Of a stretch of 64,000 nucleotides of DNA, positions 9,567 to 19,122 are shown one piece after another. The stretch spans positions 66,428 through 130,427 of the forward strand of contig JAHFBE010000001.1 in the NCBI GenBank assembly GCA_023250205.1, given 5' to 3'. A program made the position numbers and the translations under genes. Source of the stretch: Candidatus Melainabacteria bacterium. GTDB taxonomy: Bacteria; Cyanobacteriota; Vampirovibrionia; 2-02-FULL-35-15. The notes beneath the pieces are model-generated. The model saw nothing but the letters and a program-made list of their open reading frames with translations. It did not search any database and was not told the origin of the DNA. Position 1 is the stretch's first letter, and each line of letters begins with the position of its first letter.

Positions 9567-10337
9567 ATGTTTGATTTTTTATTAACTCAAACAAAAATCC
9601 TTCAGCAACTTGGTGGATTGTGGATTATGACACTCCTTGTTTTTTCACGAACCATTGCTTTTGCCAGCACCGCACCCTTAATGGGGCACAAGAGCATTCC
9701 TGCAATGATCAGAATTGCATTCTCAATCTCAATGACACTAATCATGCTGCCAAATTTAAATGTGCCTGATGCTCATCCAAAAGATTTTGAGCTCGTTTAT
9801 TTAATTGTTATCAATGTTATGATTGGGCTTTTTATAGGCTGGGTATCACATCTTGTCCTTGAGATTGGCAAAGCAGCAGGAGAAATGGTTGATATGCAAA
9901 TGGGATTAAATGCAGCCACAATATTTGATCCAGGGACACAAACTCAATCAACAATTATAGGAAAATTTTTTGATAGCCTTACATTAGTACTTTTTATCTC
10001 AATTGGCGGAATGGAAAAAGTTATTGAGGGATTATATAGAAGTTATAATGCTTTCCCTTTATTAAGCTATCATCTCAACATCAGCTTTGATAAATTATTA
10101 AAGGCCACTTCTGATGTTATTGCTATAGGATTTTTAATCGTCTCTCCTATAGTAGTTACAATCCTTGCAATTGATTTAATCTTAGGATTGATGTCCAGAG
10201 CCGCTCCGCAAATAAATGCATTTCAAATTAGCTTTTCAATAAAGCCTACTATTGGAGTTGTTCTTTTAGTGCTTCTTCTGCCAGCTCTGTTTCAGGTTTT
10301 AGCCAGTCTGTTCAGTAACCCAAACAGGTTTTTCTAA
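9567..10337 (+). CDS. fliR: Flagellar biosynthesis protein FliR (SctT family).
   Basis: 256 aa polytopic membrane protein with FliR-like motifs (GEMVDMQMGLNAA, RAAPQINAF). Directly follows fliQ. Confidence 0.85.
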   Translation: MFDFLLTQTKILQQLGGLWIMTLLVFSRTIAFASTAPLMGHKSIPAMIRIAFSISMTLIMLPNLNVPDAHPKDFELVYLIVINVMIGLFIGWVSHLVLEIGKAAGEMVDMQMGLNAATIFDPGTQTQSTIIGKFFDSLTLVLFISIGGMEKVIEGLYRSYNAFPLLSYHLNISFDKLLKATSDVIAIGFLIVSPIVVTILAIDLILGLMSRAAPQINAFQISFSIKPTIGVVLLVLLLPALFQVLASLFSNPNRFF

Positions 10338-10377
10338 TGTCATTGCTTCGCCTCACGTTGTTCGGCTCGCAATGACA
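10338..10377. repeat. 40-nt palindromic element TGTCATTGCTTCGCCTCACGTTGTTCGGCTCGCAATGACA.
   Basis: Near-perfect inverted termini TGTCATTGC/GCAATGACA. Begins 1 nt after the fliR stop. Confidence 0.75.
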
Positions 10378-10401
10378 TAAAACCTACGCTATAATCTTCT
10401 T

Positions 10402-10833
10402 ATGAAGCTGACTACTAAAGGACAATATGCTATTCAAGCAATGATTGACATTTCCATTCATTGTGCAAAATCAAAAGATCCTATTTCATTGCGTGAAATA
10501 GCAAATAACCAGAACATTCCTCTTCCATTCCTAGAACAAATTGCAATAAAATTAAGGCGTGCAGGCTTAATAAAAAGTACTAGAGGTCCTTCGGGAGGGT
10601 ACATTTTATCAAGGGACAAAAAACAAATATCTCTTGCCAGTATTATGGAAGCTGTAGAAGGACCAATTAACATTGCTCCAAATACCGGCAAAGATTATGA
10701 TGTAACTGTCCAACTCTGGCAAAAATTAAACAGGAGTATCCTTACTATTTTAAAATCAATAACATTAGAAGACCTATACTACGACTCAATAAGTTTTAAG
10801 GCTTCAAAAGACAACCAGGTTTATGTCCAATAA
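10402..10833 (+). CDS. Rrf2-family transcriptional regulator (IscR-like).
   Basis: The N-terminal wHTH matches Rrf2 (GQYAIQAMIDI…SLREIANNQNIPLPFLEQIAIKLRRAGLIKSTRGPSGGY). Precedes and overlaps the cysteine desulfurase. Confidence 0.85.
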   Translation: MKLTTKGQYAIQAMIDISIHCAKSKDPISLREIANNQNIPLPFLEQIAIKLRRAGLIKSTRGPSGGYILSRDKKQISLASIMEAVEGPINIAPNTGKDYDVTVQLWQKLNRSILTILKSITLEDLYYDSISFKASKDNQVYVQ

Positions 10834-12115
10834 CAAAAAAACAATATACGCAGATAATAGTGCAACCACAAAAGTAAGAGATGAAGTTGCAGAAGTCATG
10901 CTTACAGTTTTAAAAGAAGATTATGGAAATCCATCAAGCATACATCAATATGGGAGAAAGGCTAAATCCTGTTTAGAAGAAGCCCGAAACAACATCTCCT
11001 CATTACTCAACTCAGATGAAAAACAAATACTTTTTACAAGCGGTGGAACAGAGTCAAATAATCTAGTAATTTTTGGCATTTCCAAAATGTGGGAAGAAGG
11101 TGCTTTTAAAGCAAAAGAGAAACATATTATGACCACAAAAACAGAACATCCATCTATTAAAGAACCTCTTGAATATCTTGAAAACAAAGGCTGGAACATT
11201 ACCTGGCTTAATGTTAATAATGAAGGGTTTATTGATCTGGAAGAACTGAAGGCTAAGATCTCTTCAAAAACGTTGCTTGTATCAATAATTCATGCAAACA
11301 ATGAAATTGGGACCATTCAAGATTTAAAAACAATTTCAAAGATATGCAAAGAAAATAATGTTTTTTTTCACACCGATGCAGTTCAATCATTCGGAAAACT
11401 TCCCTTTGATTTAAGTACCTTAAATATTGACTTCATGTCAATATCAGGTCACAAAATTTATGGACCAAAAGGAACAGGCGTTTTATATATAAAATCTATA
11501 AATAATTTACCACCTATTTTTATTGGCGGTGGACAAGAAAGAAACCTCAGATCAGGCACTGAGAATCTGGCTGGCATAGTTGGATTTGGTACAGCTGCAA
11601 AATTACTAAATAAAGAGATTATCCCAAATGCACAAAAGCTACGAAAGCTACAAATTGAATTGATGGAAAAATTTTCTAATCTGAATAATATATTAATTAC
11701 AGGTCCAGGACTTGAGAAAGTAAGACAAAATATTCCTATTGAAACTTTTTCTTTCAGACTTCCTGGACACATTAGCATTTGCTGTAAAGGCATTGAAGGA
11801 GAAAGTCTGGTTTTACAACTAGACTTAAATGGAATTGCTGTAAGCTCTGGCTCTGCATGTTCAAGCAATGATTCTTCTGATAGTAAATCTGTAATAAGAC
11901 CTTCACATGTTTTACAAGCATGTGACATTCCTAAAGACTATATAAAAGGATCGTTGAGAATTACCCTTGGAAAAGACAACTCCAAAGAAGAGATTTTACA
12001 AATATTCGAAACAACTCACAATATTATCGAGAATATAAGAAAGAAGAATGCGAATTCTTTACGTCATTGCGAAGAGACACAAAGTGCCGACGAAGCAATC
12101 TCCGAACGTTTATGA
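10823..12115 (+). CDS. Cysteine desulfurase (NifS/IscS family). The C-terminal ~18 aa and the stop codon are supplied by a palindromic element.
   Basis: PLP motif SISGHKIYGPKGTGVLYI plus class V aminotransferase features. The tail …SLRHCEETQSADEAISERL* is encoded by repeat 12062..12156. Confidence 0.88.
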   Translation: MSNNKKTIYADNSATTKVRDEVAEVMLTVLKEDYGNPSSIHQYGRKAKSCLEEARNNISSLLNSDEKQILFTSGGTESNNLVIFGISKMWEEGAFKAKEKHIMTTKTEHPSIKEPLEYLENKGWNITWLNVNNEGFIDLEELKAKISSKTLLVSIIHANNEIGTIQDLKTISKICKENNVFFHTDAVQSFGKLPFDLSTLNIDFMSISGHKIYGPKGTGVLYIKSINNLPPIFIGGGQERNLRSGTENLAGIVGFGTAAKLLNKEIIPNAQKLRKLQIELMEKFSNLNNILITGPGLEKVRQNIPIETFSFRLPGHISICCKGIEGESLVLQLDLNGIAVSSGSACSSNDSSDSKSVIRPSHVLQACDIPKDYIKGSLRITLGKDNSKEEILQIFETTHNIIENIRKKNANSLRHCEETQSADEAISERL

Positions 12116-12156
12116 GATTGCTTCGTCGGTTCTGAAGAACCTCCTCGCAATGACAT
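12062..12156. repeat. Composite of two palindromic-element copies (GTCATTGCGAAG…CGAAGCAATC + GATTGCTTCGTCG…CTCCTCGCAATGACAT) between convergent genes.
   Basis: Same ATTGC…GCAATGACA family. Overlaps the 3' end of the cysteine desulfurase ORF. Possible bidirectional terminator. Confidence 0.7.
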
Positions 12157-12157
12157 G

Positions 12158-13009
12158 TCAAGAAGAAATCTTCCTCATAATCTCTTCATATTTTTCTCTA
12201 TGACCAGTTTTTATTGAGAGTTCAAGTGCTCCGGTTAAATCTCCCCACTCTAGCAACTTATCAATTTTCTTGACAGCTTCCTCTTCGTGTAAAGATTCCA
12301 TTTCAAGCTTTTCTTTATGTACTCCTTTGCTAATTTTTAAATCTTTATTTAGAGTTAAAGGAATCAGGCTCCCTTCTCCAATAGTTAATTCTGGTTGTTT
12401 ACGAAAAGCTCTTTCTATAAACGAAAGTCCAATCCCATCAAAACCACCCCAAAAAAAATCTTTAATTCCATTTTGATATGCCGACAATAATCCACTTGCA
12501 AGAAATCCAGCCCCATATCCAATTCCTAATGTTAGAGGTCCACTTGCCGTAGTTAAAGCGGTAACAGATCTTACTGTACTAGCCAGATCACTATTCACAT
12601 GAGGAGGGTAAGCAGACTTAAAATTTGGTGAGCTTGCTGATAATGAAATTTCTCGTCCATCATTTAGATAAAGTTTATCAGTTAAGAATTCAAGAGCCCC
12701 TGCTCTAGATGCTCTTCCAGATTCTGATACTTTTGACACAGAACCTGTAATGAGGAGGTTAGGAGTTTCCTTATCAACTACATTGAATAAGACTTTGCTA
12801 CCTTGCTCAGATTCATTTGAAGATACATCGCTTTTTAAAGCGACATTTATAGTTGTCCCTTTTTTAATAACATCATAAGATTCCAACAAATCAGGCTGGA
12901 CTCTGTATACATCTAAATCTGAGATTTCATTTGCACTAACTGAGGCAACATTGGCACAAAAAAACATAATCAACGTTAAACAAACAGTAAATTTAAAAAT
13001 CCTTACCAT
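12158..13009 (-). CDS. Secreted hypothetical protein (signal peptide), co-oriented with the Wza/Wzc-like genes.
   Basis: N-terminal signal peptide (…ANVASVSA). No recognisable motif. Operonic with the polysaccharide export genes upstream. Confidence 0.45.
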   Translation of the reverse strand: MVRIFKFTVCLTLIMFFCANVASVSANEISDLDVYRVQPDLLESYDVIKKGTTINVALKSDVSSNESEQGSKVLFNVVDKETPNLLITGSVSKVSESGRASRAGALEFLTDKLYLNDGREISLSASSPNFKSAYPPHVNSDLASTVRSVTALTTASGPLTLGIGYGAGFLASGLLSAYQNGIKDFFWGGFDGIGLSFIERAFRKQPELTIGEGSLIPLTLNKDLKISKGVHKEKLEMESLHEEEAVKKIDKLLEWGDLTGALELSIKTGHREKYEEIMRKISS

Positions 13010-14272
13010 TTATTCACCATCTGAGGATCGGTTGGCTTGAATAACAGTAACCCCGGAACCTCCGCCACCCAGCAAAGAACTATTAGTACCACTTCTTAAA
13101 CCTTTACTTTGATGACTAATTCTCCTAAACATATGATCTTGAAGAATGAAAGTACCAACATTTTGCCCGACTACATAAACAAGGGAAGAACCTACTGTGT
13201 GCAAGAAATTTCTAACTGCTTTTCCATGTGAAGCTCTTACCTCTATTCTATCGTTAGGTCTTAGAGCAATTTGATCAAGCTTAGTCCCACTTTGAAGCAG
13301 GTTATCAAGATTATATTCTTTCCACCTATAAACTCCTTTATCATCAAATCGTGCAATTCTTACTTTTTTAGTAGTGCCAACTACATCTGTGCCGCCAGCA
13401 CTTCCAATTGCATCAAATATAGTTGCATCATTTGGTAGTGTGAAATTCCCTGACATTACAACATCACCAACTACATTTACAGCAACTTCCTGATAAGCAA
13501 GCCTTCCAAGCAAGACGACATTCCCTTGTGCTTGATCTTCAATTTTGTCAGTTGATAAAACAAAAACCGCATCTCCCGGTTGTAAATTTACATCTTCAAA
13601 AGCTCTATCTCCAGTTACTAGAGCTTTTAAATCTACGATTCTCTTTTCAGAATTACTTCCTCTTGTTACAGTTATTGCTCTTATATCTGCCCTTGGTTTT
13701 AATCCACCTGCAAGCTGAATAACCTGTGTAAGAGAAAGTTCAAAAGTATTTGTTGTCGTAGCACTTGTCTTTCCATCTTCAGCCTGAGTCGTTGATGTTT
13801 CAACTTTGTACACCCCAGGGTTTACAATCTCACCACCTATATAAATGTTTATTGGTCTGTATCTGCTTAACTGTACAAATACAAGTGGGTTTTTTAATGT
13901 TTTTCCAAATAATTCCCTAATTTCATCAGACAACTCATTAACTGTATATCCAGCAGCAAGCAAGCTGTACTGCGTACCATCTGGCAATGGAATAGAAATA
14001 TATCCATCAGAAGAAACAACCAAATCATATCTTTCAACCTGACCAAATAACTCTCTTAGAGTTCGATCAACAATAGATAGTTGATCTCCCGGTCCAACAA
14101 TATATGGTGGAGTTAGTGTAACTTTCATTTTCACTTGCTTCGGCACCACATCAATTAAAGATTCTGATTCCTGAGCAAAGCTTAAATTACAAAGAATATT
14201 TTGAATCAAAAAAGAAACAATAAGAATTATATGAAATACTTTTTTCCAATCTTTGTATTTTTTATTCTTCAT
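13010..14272 (-). CDS. Polysaccharide export protein, Wza/OPX family.
   Basis: Signal peptide. PES motif (PYIVGPGDQLSI) and repeated SLBB-like segments. Confidence 0.75.
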   Translation of the reverse strand: MKNKKYKDWKKVFHIILIVSFLIQNILCNLSFAQESESLIDVVPKQVKMKVTLTPPYIVGPGDQLSIVDRTLRELFGQVERYDLVVSSDGYISIPLPDGTQYSLLAAGYTVNELSDEIRELFGKTLKNPLVFVQLSRYRPINIYIGGEIVNPGVYKVETSTTQAEDGKTSATTTNTFELSLTQVIQLAGGLKPRADIRAITVTRGSNSEKRIVDLKALVTGDRAFEDVNLQPGDAVFVLSTDKIEDQAQGNVVLLGRLAYQEVAVNVVGDVVMSGNFTLPNDATIFDAIGSAGGTDVVGTTKKVRIARFDDKGVYRWKEYNLDNLLQSGTKLDQIALRPNDRIEVRASHGKAVRNFLHTVGSSLVYVVGQNVGTFILQDHMFRRISHQSKGLRSGTNSSLLGGGGSGVTVIQANRSSDGE

Positions 14273-14283
14273 ATGATTCCTTG

Positions 14284-16401
14284 CTATGCTGCAGATTGTG
14301 AGATGTATCTGTCAGGATCACCATAACCGTAATAACCATACCCACTCAATACACTATTTGGAACACCATTTAGTATTACCCCCGTAGCAGTTACATTTGT
14401 TTTCTTTAAAAGATCAATAGATACCAGAAGTTCTTTTCTGGAAGTTTTGTTATATCTTGAAATCAACGCAACAACATCTGCATAACGTGCCAGTAGTAGT
14501 GCATCAGAGAAATAACCTAGTGGCGGAGTATCAATTATAACCAAATCATAAATATGCTGAGATGTTTCAAGTAATTCTCTCATTTTATCTGATTCAAGCA
14601 ATTGAACAGGGTTTGGAGGGATGTCACCACCTGGCAAATAATCAAAACCAATAATTCCTAGTATACTCTTCTGAACAACATCATAAAAATCAATTTCATT
14701 AATTAAAGTGTTACTTATCCCTACCGCATCTTTTGGTCTTGCCAGATACTTATATAATGAAGGATTTCTAATATCAGCATCTATTAATAAAACCCTCTTC
14801 CCACTTTGAGCATAGGTAATTGCAAGATTTACTGATACCGTAGATTTACCTTCTCCTTGAGTTGAACTTGTTACAAGTAACAGTTTTTTATTACCTGTTA
14901 ATGAAAGGAAAGAGAGATTAGTTCGTAACGCATGAATAGCTTCCGTAAAATCAGAACGTGGTTCCTGATAAACTACAGGCAAATCACTTATATATGTACT
15001 TGGGAGCTGTCCTAAGAATGGACAACCAAGATTTTTTGGTAAAGTATCAACACTCTTTATTACATCATCAAAATATTCGACCAAATATATTACAAGAGCA
15101 GCAAGGCATAACCCAATAATAAAACTAGTAAACAGTGTTCTTGAAACATCAGGCCATTTAGGCTTTGTTTCTAACGATGGTGGATCTATGAGTCTAATGT
15201 TTGTAATATGTGAAGCTATTACTCCCTTCATTCTTGATTCAATTAATTTACCTTCAATTTCTTCCAGTCTTTTTTCAGCGACTTCATTTTGTCTTAGTAA
15301 TTGATTATAAATATATTTTTCATTAGGTAATTTATCTAACTTTCTTTGAAGATCATCAATTGCTCCCTGAACAACAATCAATTGTTGTTCAGCAGCAAGC
15401 TCAGCAGTTTTTGTCTGAAGCAAGGTTTTTGTAAGTTCTGCTCTAAATGGATCTGCCGCGAAATTAAAAGTATCAGGGGATACTTCTTTTCCAACTAATT
15501 CATTTAATCTTTCTGCTATTAATTTCTTATCACCTTCAATTTGTTGATTCACTTCTTCCAACTGATAGTGTCCGGGCTTAACTTTTGTTTGTAGTTTGAC
15601 CAACTGTGCTTGTTTTTCATACAAATCTTTTCTTAAAGCTCCAAGAAATGGATCCTGATTAACTGTTGTATCAAGAATAGCTTCATCTAAACCTGACATT
15701 AACTGTTTTGCTGCTTGTTCAGAAGCAGATTTTGCTTTTACATAGTCAGTATCAATTGAAAGTTTAAGACTCTTTAAAGAATAAGCAGTTCTTATTAATT
15801 CATTATTAGATTCAAGTCCAACATTTTTACTTCTCTGTTCAAACTCCCTCAATCGTTTACTTGCATCCAGAGCTTCTCTTTCCGCTCTATTTCTTTCTTT
15901 TTTTAAAAACCTTATGGCACTTGCTGTATCACTTGCTTTTAATTCTATAGTTTTTTCTATGTAACTATCTGTTATTGCTTGTAGGATATCTTTTGCTTTT
16001 TTAGGATCTGGGTCTTGATATCTTAACTCCACAATATCAACGTTTCTATCTGCAGACACTGTAAGATTTCCACTAAGGCTTAAGTAGCTTAAATATTGTC
16101 CTTTTTGCGGTCCTTTCTTATAACGTAAATTAAACCTACGAATAACTTTTTCTAATATTGTTGATGACCTCATAATTTCAATTTGAGTCTGGATCGGATC
16201 ACTCAATCTTGCAATTGATTTAAATGGTTGAATTGAATCACTATTATCAAACCCAAGATCTTTTGCTTCAATAAGTAACCTATCTCTACTTTCATATATT
16301 GGAGTGACCGTAAGAGCATAAATCAAAGCTATAGTTGGTACTAAAAAAATAATTAGCAGGCCCAATCTTAAATGGATTCTAATTGCTTCGTAAAAATTCA
16401 A
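14284..16401 (-). CDS. Polysaccharide co-polymerase / BY-kinase (Wzc-like tyrosine autokinase).
   Basis: N-terminal Wzz-like TM plus periplasmic coiled-coil domain. C-terminal Walker A (GEGKST, LLIDADIRNPS). Terminal Tyr cluster GYGYYGYGDPDRY. Confidence 0.85.
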   Translation of the reverse strand: MNFYEAIRIHLRLGLLIIFLVPTIALIYALTVTPIYESRDRLLIEAKDLGFDNSDSIQPFKSIARLSDPIQTQIEIMRSSTILEKVIRRFNLRYKKGPQKGQYLSYLSLSGNLTVSADRNVDIVELRYQDPDPKKAKDILQAITDSYIEKTIELKASDTASAIRFLKKERNRAEREALDASKRLREFEQRSKNVGLESNNELIRTAYSLKSLKLSIDTDYVKAKSASEQAAKQLMSGLDEAILDTTVNQDPFLGALRKDLYEKQAQLVKLQTKVKPGHYQLEEVNQQIEGDKKLIAERLNELVGKEVSPDTFNFAADPFRAELTKTLLQTKTAELAAEQQLIVVQGAIDDLQRKLDKLPNEKYIYNQLLRQNEVAEKRLEEIEGKLIESRMKGVIASHITNIRLIDPPSLETKPKWPDVSRTLFTSFIIGLCLAALVIYLVEYFDDVIKSVDTLPKNLGCPFLGQLPSTYISDLPVVYQEPRSDFTEAIHALRTNLSFLSLTGNKKLLLVTSSTQGEGKSTVSVNLAITYAQSGKRVLLIDADIRNPSLYKYLARPKDAVGISNTLINEIDFYDVVQKSILGIIGFDYLPGGDIPPNPVQLLESDKMRELLETSQHIYDLVIIDTPPLGYFSDALLLARYADVVALISRYNKTSRKELLVSIDLLKKTNVTATGVILNGVPNSVLSGYGYYGYGDPDRYISQSAA

Positions 16402-16558
16402 ATTTCAACCCCTGTCATCTAAATATTCACAAATAAAAAACTGTTCTAATGTATAGTTACCCCCTGTCCTCTAGGGTTAAACTGTTATAGATTAAACATA
16501 TGAAATAAAATTTACAGTTAATCCGAATCAATTAGCAGGATAGCCCTATTCAAATTAT

Positions 16559-17572
16559 TTACTGAACCAAGCCAAAAGAAGTTGCAAGCAGAGCCTGATC
16601 ATCTAAAACAATATTTCCCGGTCCTGCTCCTACAGTTAAACCACTCCACATATTATCTATATACTTTGGTATAACAGTTGCAGCAATATGGTAATCATTT
16701 CCTATCTTATAAACATCATCAATTGTAATTCCTACAAATCCTTGAACAGTAACATTATTTGTAAACCCTTGATCTAGTGTAATAATTGGAGAAACAAATG
16801 TTTTCCCTTCAAAGTAAGTAGAGTCAAGCTGATTATAAACACTAGTTAAATTACCATTACTAATTTGAAAATGTTCCCCAACCATTAATGCTGGAGGTGA
16901 AACTCCTATAGATTGATTTTGGAAATAATCAATTATTTCTTTAATATCACTTGCATTTGCATTGTCCGAATTAAAAGAAGTAAAGTATGAGTTTGCAATT
17001 CCAGATTGAACTAAGTCAATCATATTATTATTATTATTTGCAATTGAAAGCAAAGAGCTATTCAATGCTAATGGAAACCCTCCTCCAGGAGCCATATTTC
17101 CTGCTATTTGCTTTGCAGCTACTGCACTTTCTGATATCTGGATATTATCAATCATAAAAACAATTGCAAGAAATGGGACTGATTTATAGGAGTAATAAAC
17201 TCTTATTGCATTTGTAGAAGGACTTACTTCATTTTCAACAAAAGTCATTCCATTAAAATCATAGCTACCAACCTGAATAGAAACATCAGGATTATCCAGA
17301 GTCAAAGTACTATATGAAGGTAAAAGCATTGAGAGATTATCATTTAGATATTGAAGTGCTGTATTTTTTGCATTATTAATATCTGTCGAATTACTTAATT
17401 GAGACACTCCTGCAATACTTGCAAAATCAACAGCATTTTTTATTCTTGTTCTCAACGAATAAGATTGACTGACATCAATAACAAGACTTCCCAAACCAAG
17501 TATTGAAGTTAACAAAATAGCAAAAAATGCCACCGCAAGACCTCGTTCATTTCTATTGATAATGTTAAACAT
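16559..17572 (-). CDS. TadG-like putative pilus-assembly/pseudopilin protein (copy 1).
   Basis: N-terminal TM (GLAVAFFAILLTSILG). Pairs with the overlapping TadE-like gene. Paralog of 21082..22068. Confidence 0.65.
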   Translation of the reverse strand: MFNIINRNERGLAVAFFAILLTSILGLGSLVIDVSQSYSLRTRIKNAVDFASIAGVSQLSNSTDINNAKNTALQYLNDNLSMLLPSYSTLTLDNPDVSIQVGSYDFNGMTFVENEVSPSTNAIRVYYSYKSVPFLAIVFMIDNIQISESAVAAKQIAGNMAPGGGFPLALNSSLLSIANNNNNMIDLVQSGIANSYFTSFNSDNANASDIKEIIDYFQNQSIGVSPPALMVGEHFQISNGNLTSVYNQLDSTYFEGKTFVSPIITLDQGFTNNVTVQGFVGITIDDVYKIGNDYHIAATVIPKYIDNMWSGLTVGAGPGNIVLDDQALLATSFGLVQ

Positions 17573-17999
17573 GTGAGACCTCAGATCTTGCTATAGAACT
17601 GCTTCTTACAACTGGACTCCAGGATTGATTTGAATTAAGTAAGCCAAATGGATTGATAATTGGAGTGTAATTATATTGAACCTGTACTGTAATTGTTGAA
17701 CCAACATTCTTCTGCGCTCCGGGAGCAGGTGTAATAATCAAAACAAATTTTGAAACATCAGGCAAGAGCTCACTTGCACCTGATACATCAATTAACTCCT
17801 GCTGAGTATAAACCGATGTTACAGATGCATACCTTGCAGTAGTTCTGGATATTTGATTAAGGGTATTTGTTAAATATAGAACATTTCCAAATTCAACTAT
17901 AAAAAAAGTTACACTAAGAAGTATAGGTATTAAAATAGCAGACTCAACCATTACACTTCCTGTAAAAGATCTATTAAAATAGTTTTTATATATCATCAT
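17565..17999 (-). CDS. TadE-like minor pilin/pseudopilin (copy 1).
   Basis: TadE N-terminal signature (GSVMVESAILIPILLSVTFFIVEFGNVLY). Paralog of 20654..21082. Confidence 0.75.
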   Translation of the reverse strand: MMIYKNYFNRSFTGSVMVESAILIPILLSVTFFIVEFGNVLYLTNTLNQISRTTARYASVTSVYTQQELIDVSGASELLPDVSKFVLIITPAPGAQKNVGSTITVQVQYNYTPIINPFGLLNSNQSWSPVVRSSSIARSEVSHV

Positions 18000-18319
18000 G
18001 ACAATGTTAGAGCTTATACTCCAGCTTTCTATCTAATAAGAATTCTATATAAATTAAGAGCTTTATAGTTTACGATCAGGATTATCTCTAGCCATTTCAG
18101 CGCTATCCCAGACTATGTTCATAAGATCACAAGTTTAAAGAATTATTCTGAGTATATTAATAATGAAAAGTAAAGTAAAACTTTGATAAGAAATAAACTT
18201 TAACTTTTTATTTATGCTGGTTACCCCTGATTATCTAATAACAAGGGTTAACAATAGGTATATTTGCTCTATCAATTGGGTATGTAAAAATCATGTGTTA
18301 ATTATAGGGAGGTAACTAT

Positions 18320-18481
18320 ATGAACAAATTAGTCCAATTTATAAAAGATGAAGAAGGTGCATCAATGGCCGAATACGCTCTTCTTCTGGGATTAATTACA
18401 GTGGCAATTGCTACAGTAATTACTGCATTTGGATCAAAGCTCAGCACCGTTGTTACAAACGCTACCGGCGTTTTAAAATAA
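18320..18481 (+). CDS. flp: Flp/Fap pilin (53 aa), copy 1 of 3.
   Basis: Manual translation: MNKLVQFIKDEEGASMAEYALLLGLITVAIATVITAFGSKLSTVVTNATGVLK, with the Flp motif G/(A/S)-EY processing site. RBS GGGAGG. Below the ORF-track size cutoff. Confidence 0.85.
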   Translation: MNKLVQFIKDEEGASMAEYALLLGLITVAIATVITAFGSKLSTVVTNATGVLK

Positions 18482-18612
18482 TCTTAGTTAGGCACAAGAA
18501 ATTCTTAATTTTGTTCATTTGAACATCTCCAGAATAATTGTGCCTTTTCTATTTAATACTAATATTTAATAGAGATATCTCTATTGCCTTAATACTATTA
18601 AGGTGTGGCATC

Positions 18613-18647
18613 AGCTAAACAAATCATTACTTAAGTATGATTTAGCT
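18613..18647 (+). promoter_or_regulatory. Stable hairpin (AGCTAAACAAATCAT…ATGATTTAGCT) immediately upstream of the flp2 RBS. Two further palindromes lie at 18569..18584 and 18587..18603.
   Basis: Inverted repeats read directly in the flp1-flp2 intergenic region. Possible processing/attenuation structure. Confidence 0.35.
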
Positions 18648-18662
18648 TAGGAGGCTACACTT

Positions 18663-18824
18663 ATGAATATCGTTAAATTGTTGCTCCAGGATGATGAAGG
18701 GGCTTCAATGGCAGAATATGCTCTTCTTCTTGGATTAATTACTGTTGCTATCGCTACAGTAGTTACAGCATTTGGATCTAAACTTGGTACAGTTATTACA
18801 AGCGCTACAAATGTACTTAACTAA
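18663..18824 (+). CDS. flp: Flp pilin (53 aa), copy 2 of 3.
   Basis: MNIVKLLLQDDEGASMAEYALLLGLITVAIATVVTAFGSKLGTVITSATNVLN. RBS TAGGAGG. Confidence 0.85.
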   Translation: MNIVKLLLQDDEGASMAEYALLLGLITVAIATVVTAFGSKLGTVITSATNVLN

Positions 18825-18921
18825 GAACTGTTAAATTAAATAAACATAATAAGCTATTCATGGATTAGTACATTCTTCTACAGGGTAAATAAAATTTATC
18901 TAAAAATTGTAGGAGAATCTT

Positions 18922-19083
18922 ATGAGTAGCTTATTAAATTTTATAAAAGATGAAGAAGGTGCATCAATGGCTGAATACGCTCTTCTTCTGGGAATAGTAA
19001 CTGTAGCAATAGTCACTGTACTAACAGCTTTTGGTTCTAAAGTTAGCACAAGCATTACCAATGCAACAGATGCCATTAAATAA
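18922..19083 (+). CDS. flp: Flp pilin (53 aa), copy 3 of 3.
   Basis: MSSLLNFIKDEEGASMAEYALLLGIVTVAIVTVLTAFGSKVSTSITNATDAIK. RBS AGGAGA. Confidence 0.85.
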   Translation: MSSLLNFIKDEEGASMAEYALLLGIVTVAIVTVLTAFGSKVSTSITNATDAIK

Positions 19084-19122
19084 GCATCTTATTAATTAAA
19101 AAAATGCTAGAGAAATTGCAAA

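Noticed and set aside
10366-10395. Possible sigma-70 promoter (ATGACA … TATAAT at 10390..10395) formed partly by the palindromic element upstream of the iscR-like gene.
   Set aside because: The -35/-10 spacing is only ~11 nt, and the -10 box is 7 nt from the ATG. Not convincing without TSS data.
18267-18300. Candidate promoter for flp1 (TTGGGT -17- TAATTA).
   Set aside because: Weak match to consensus. Many equally good AT-rich matches are nearby. Left as unverified.
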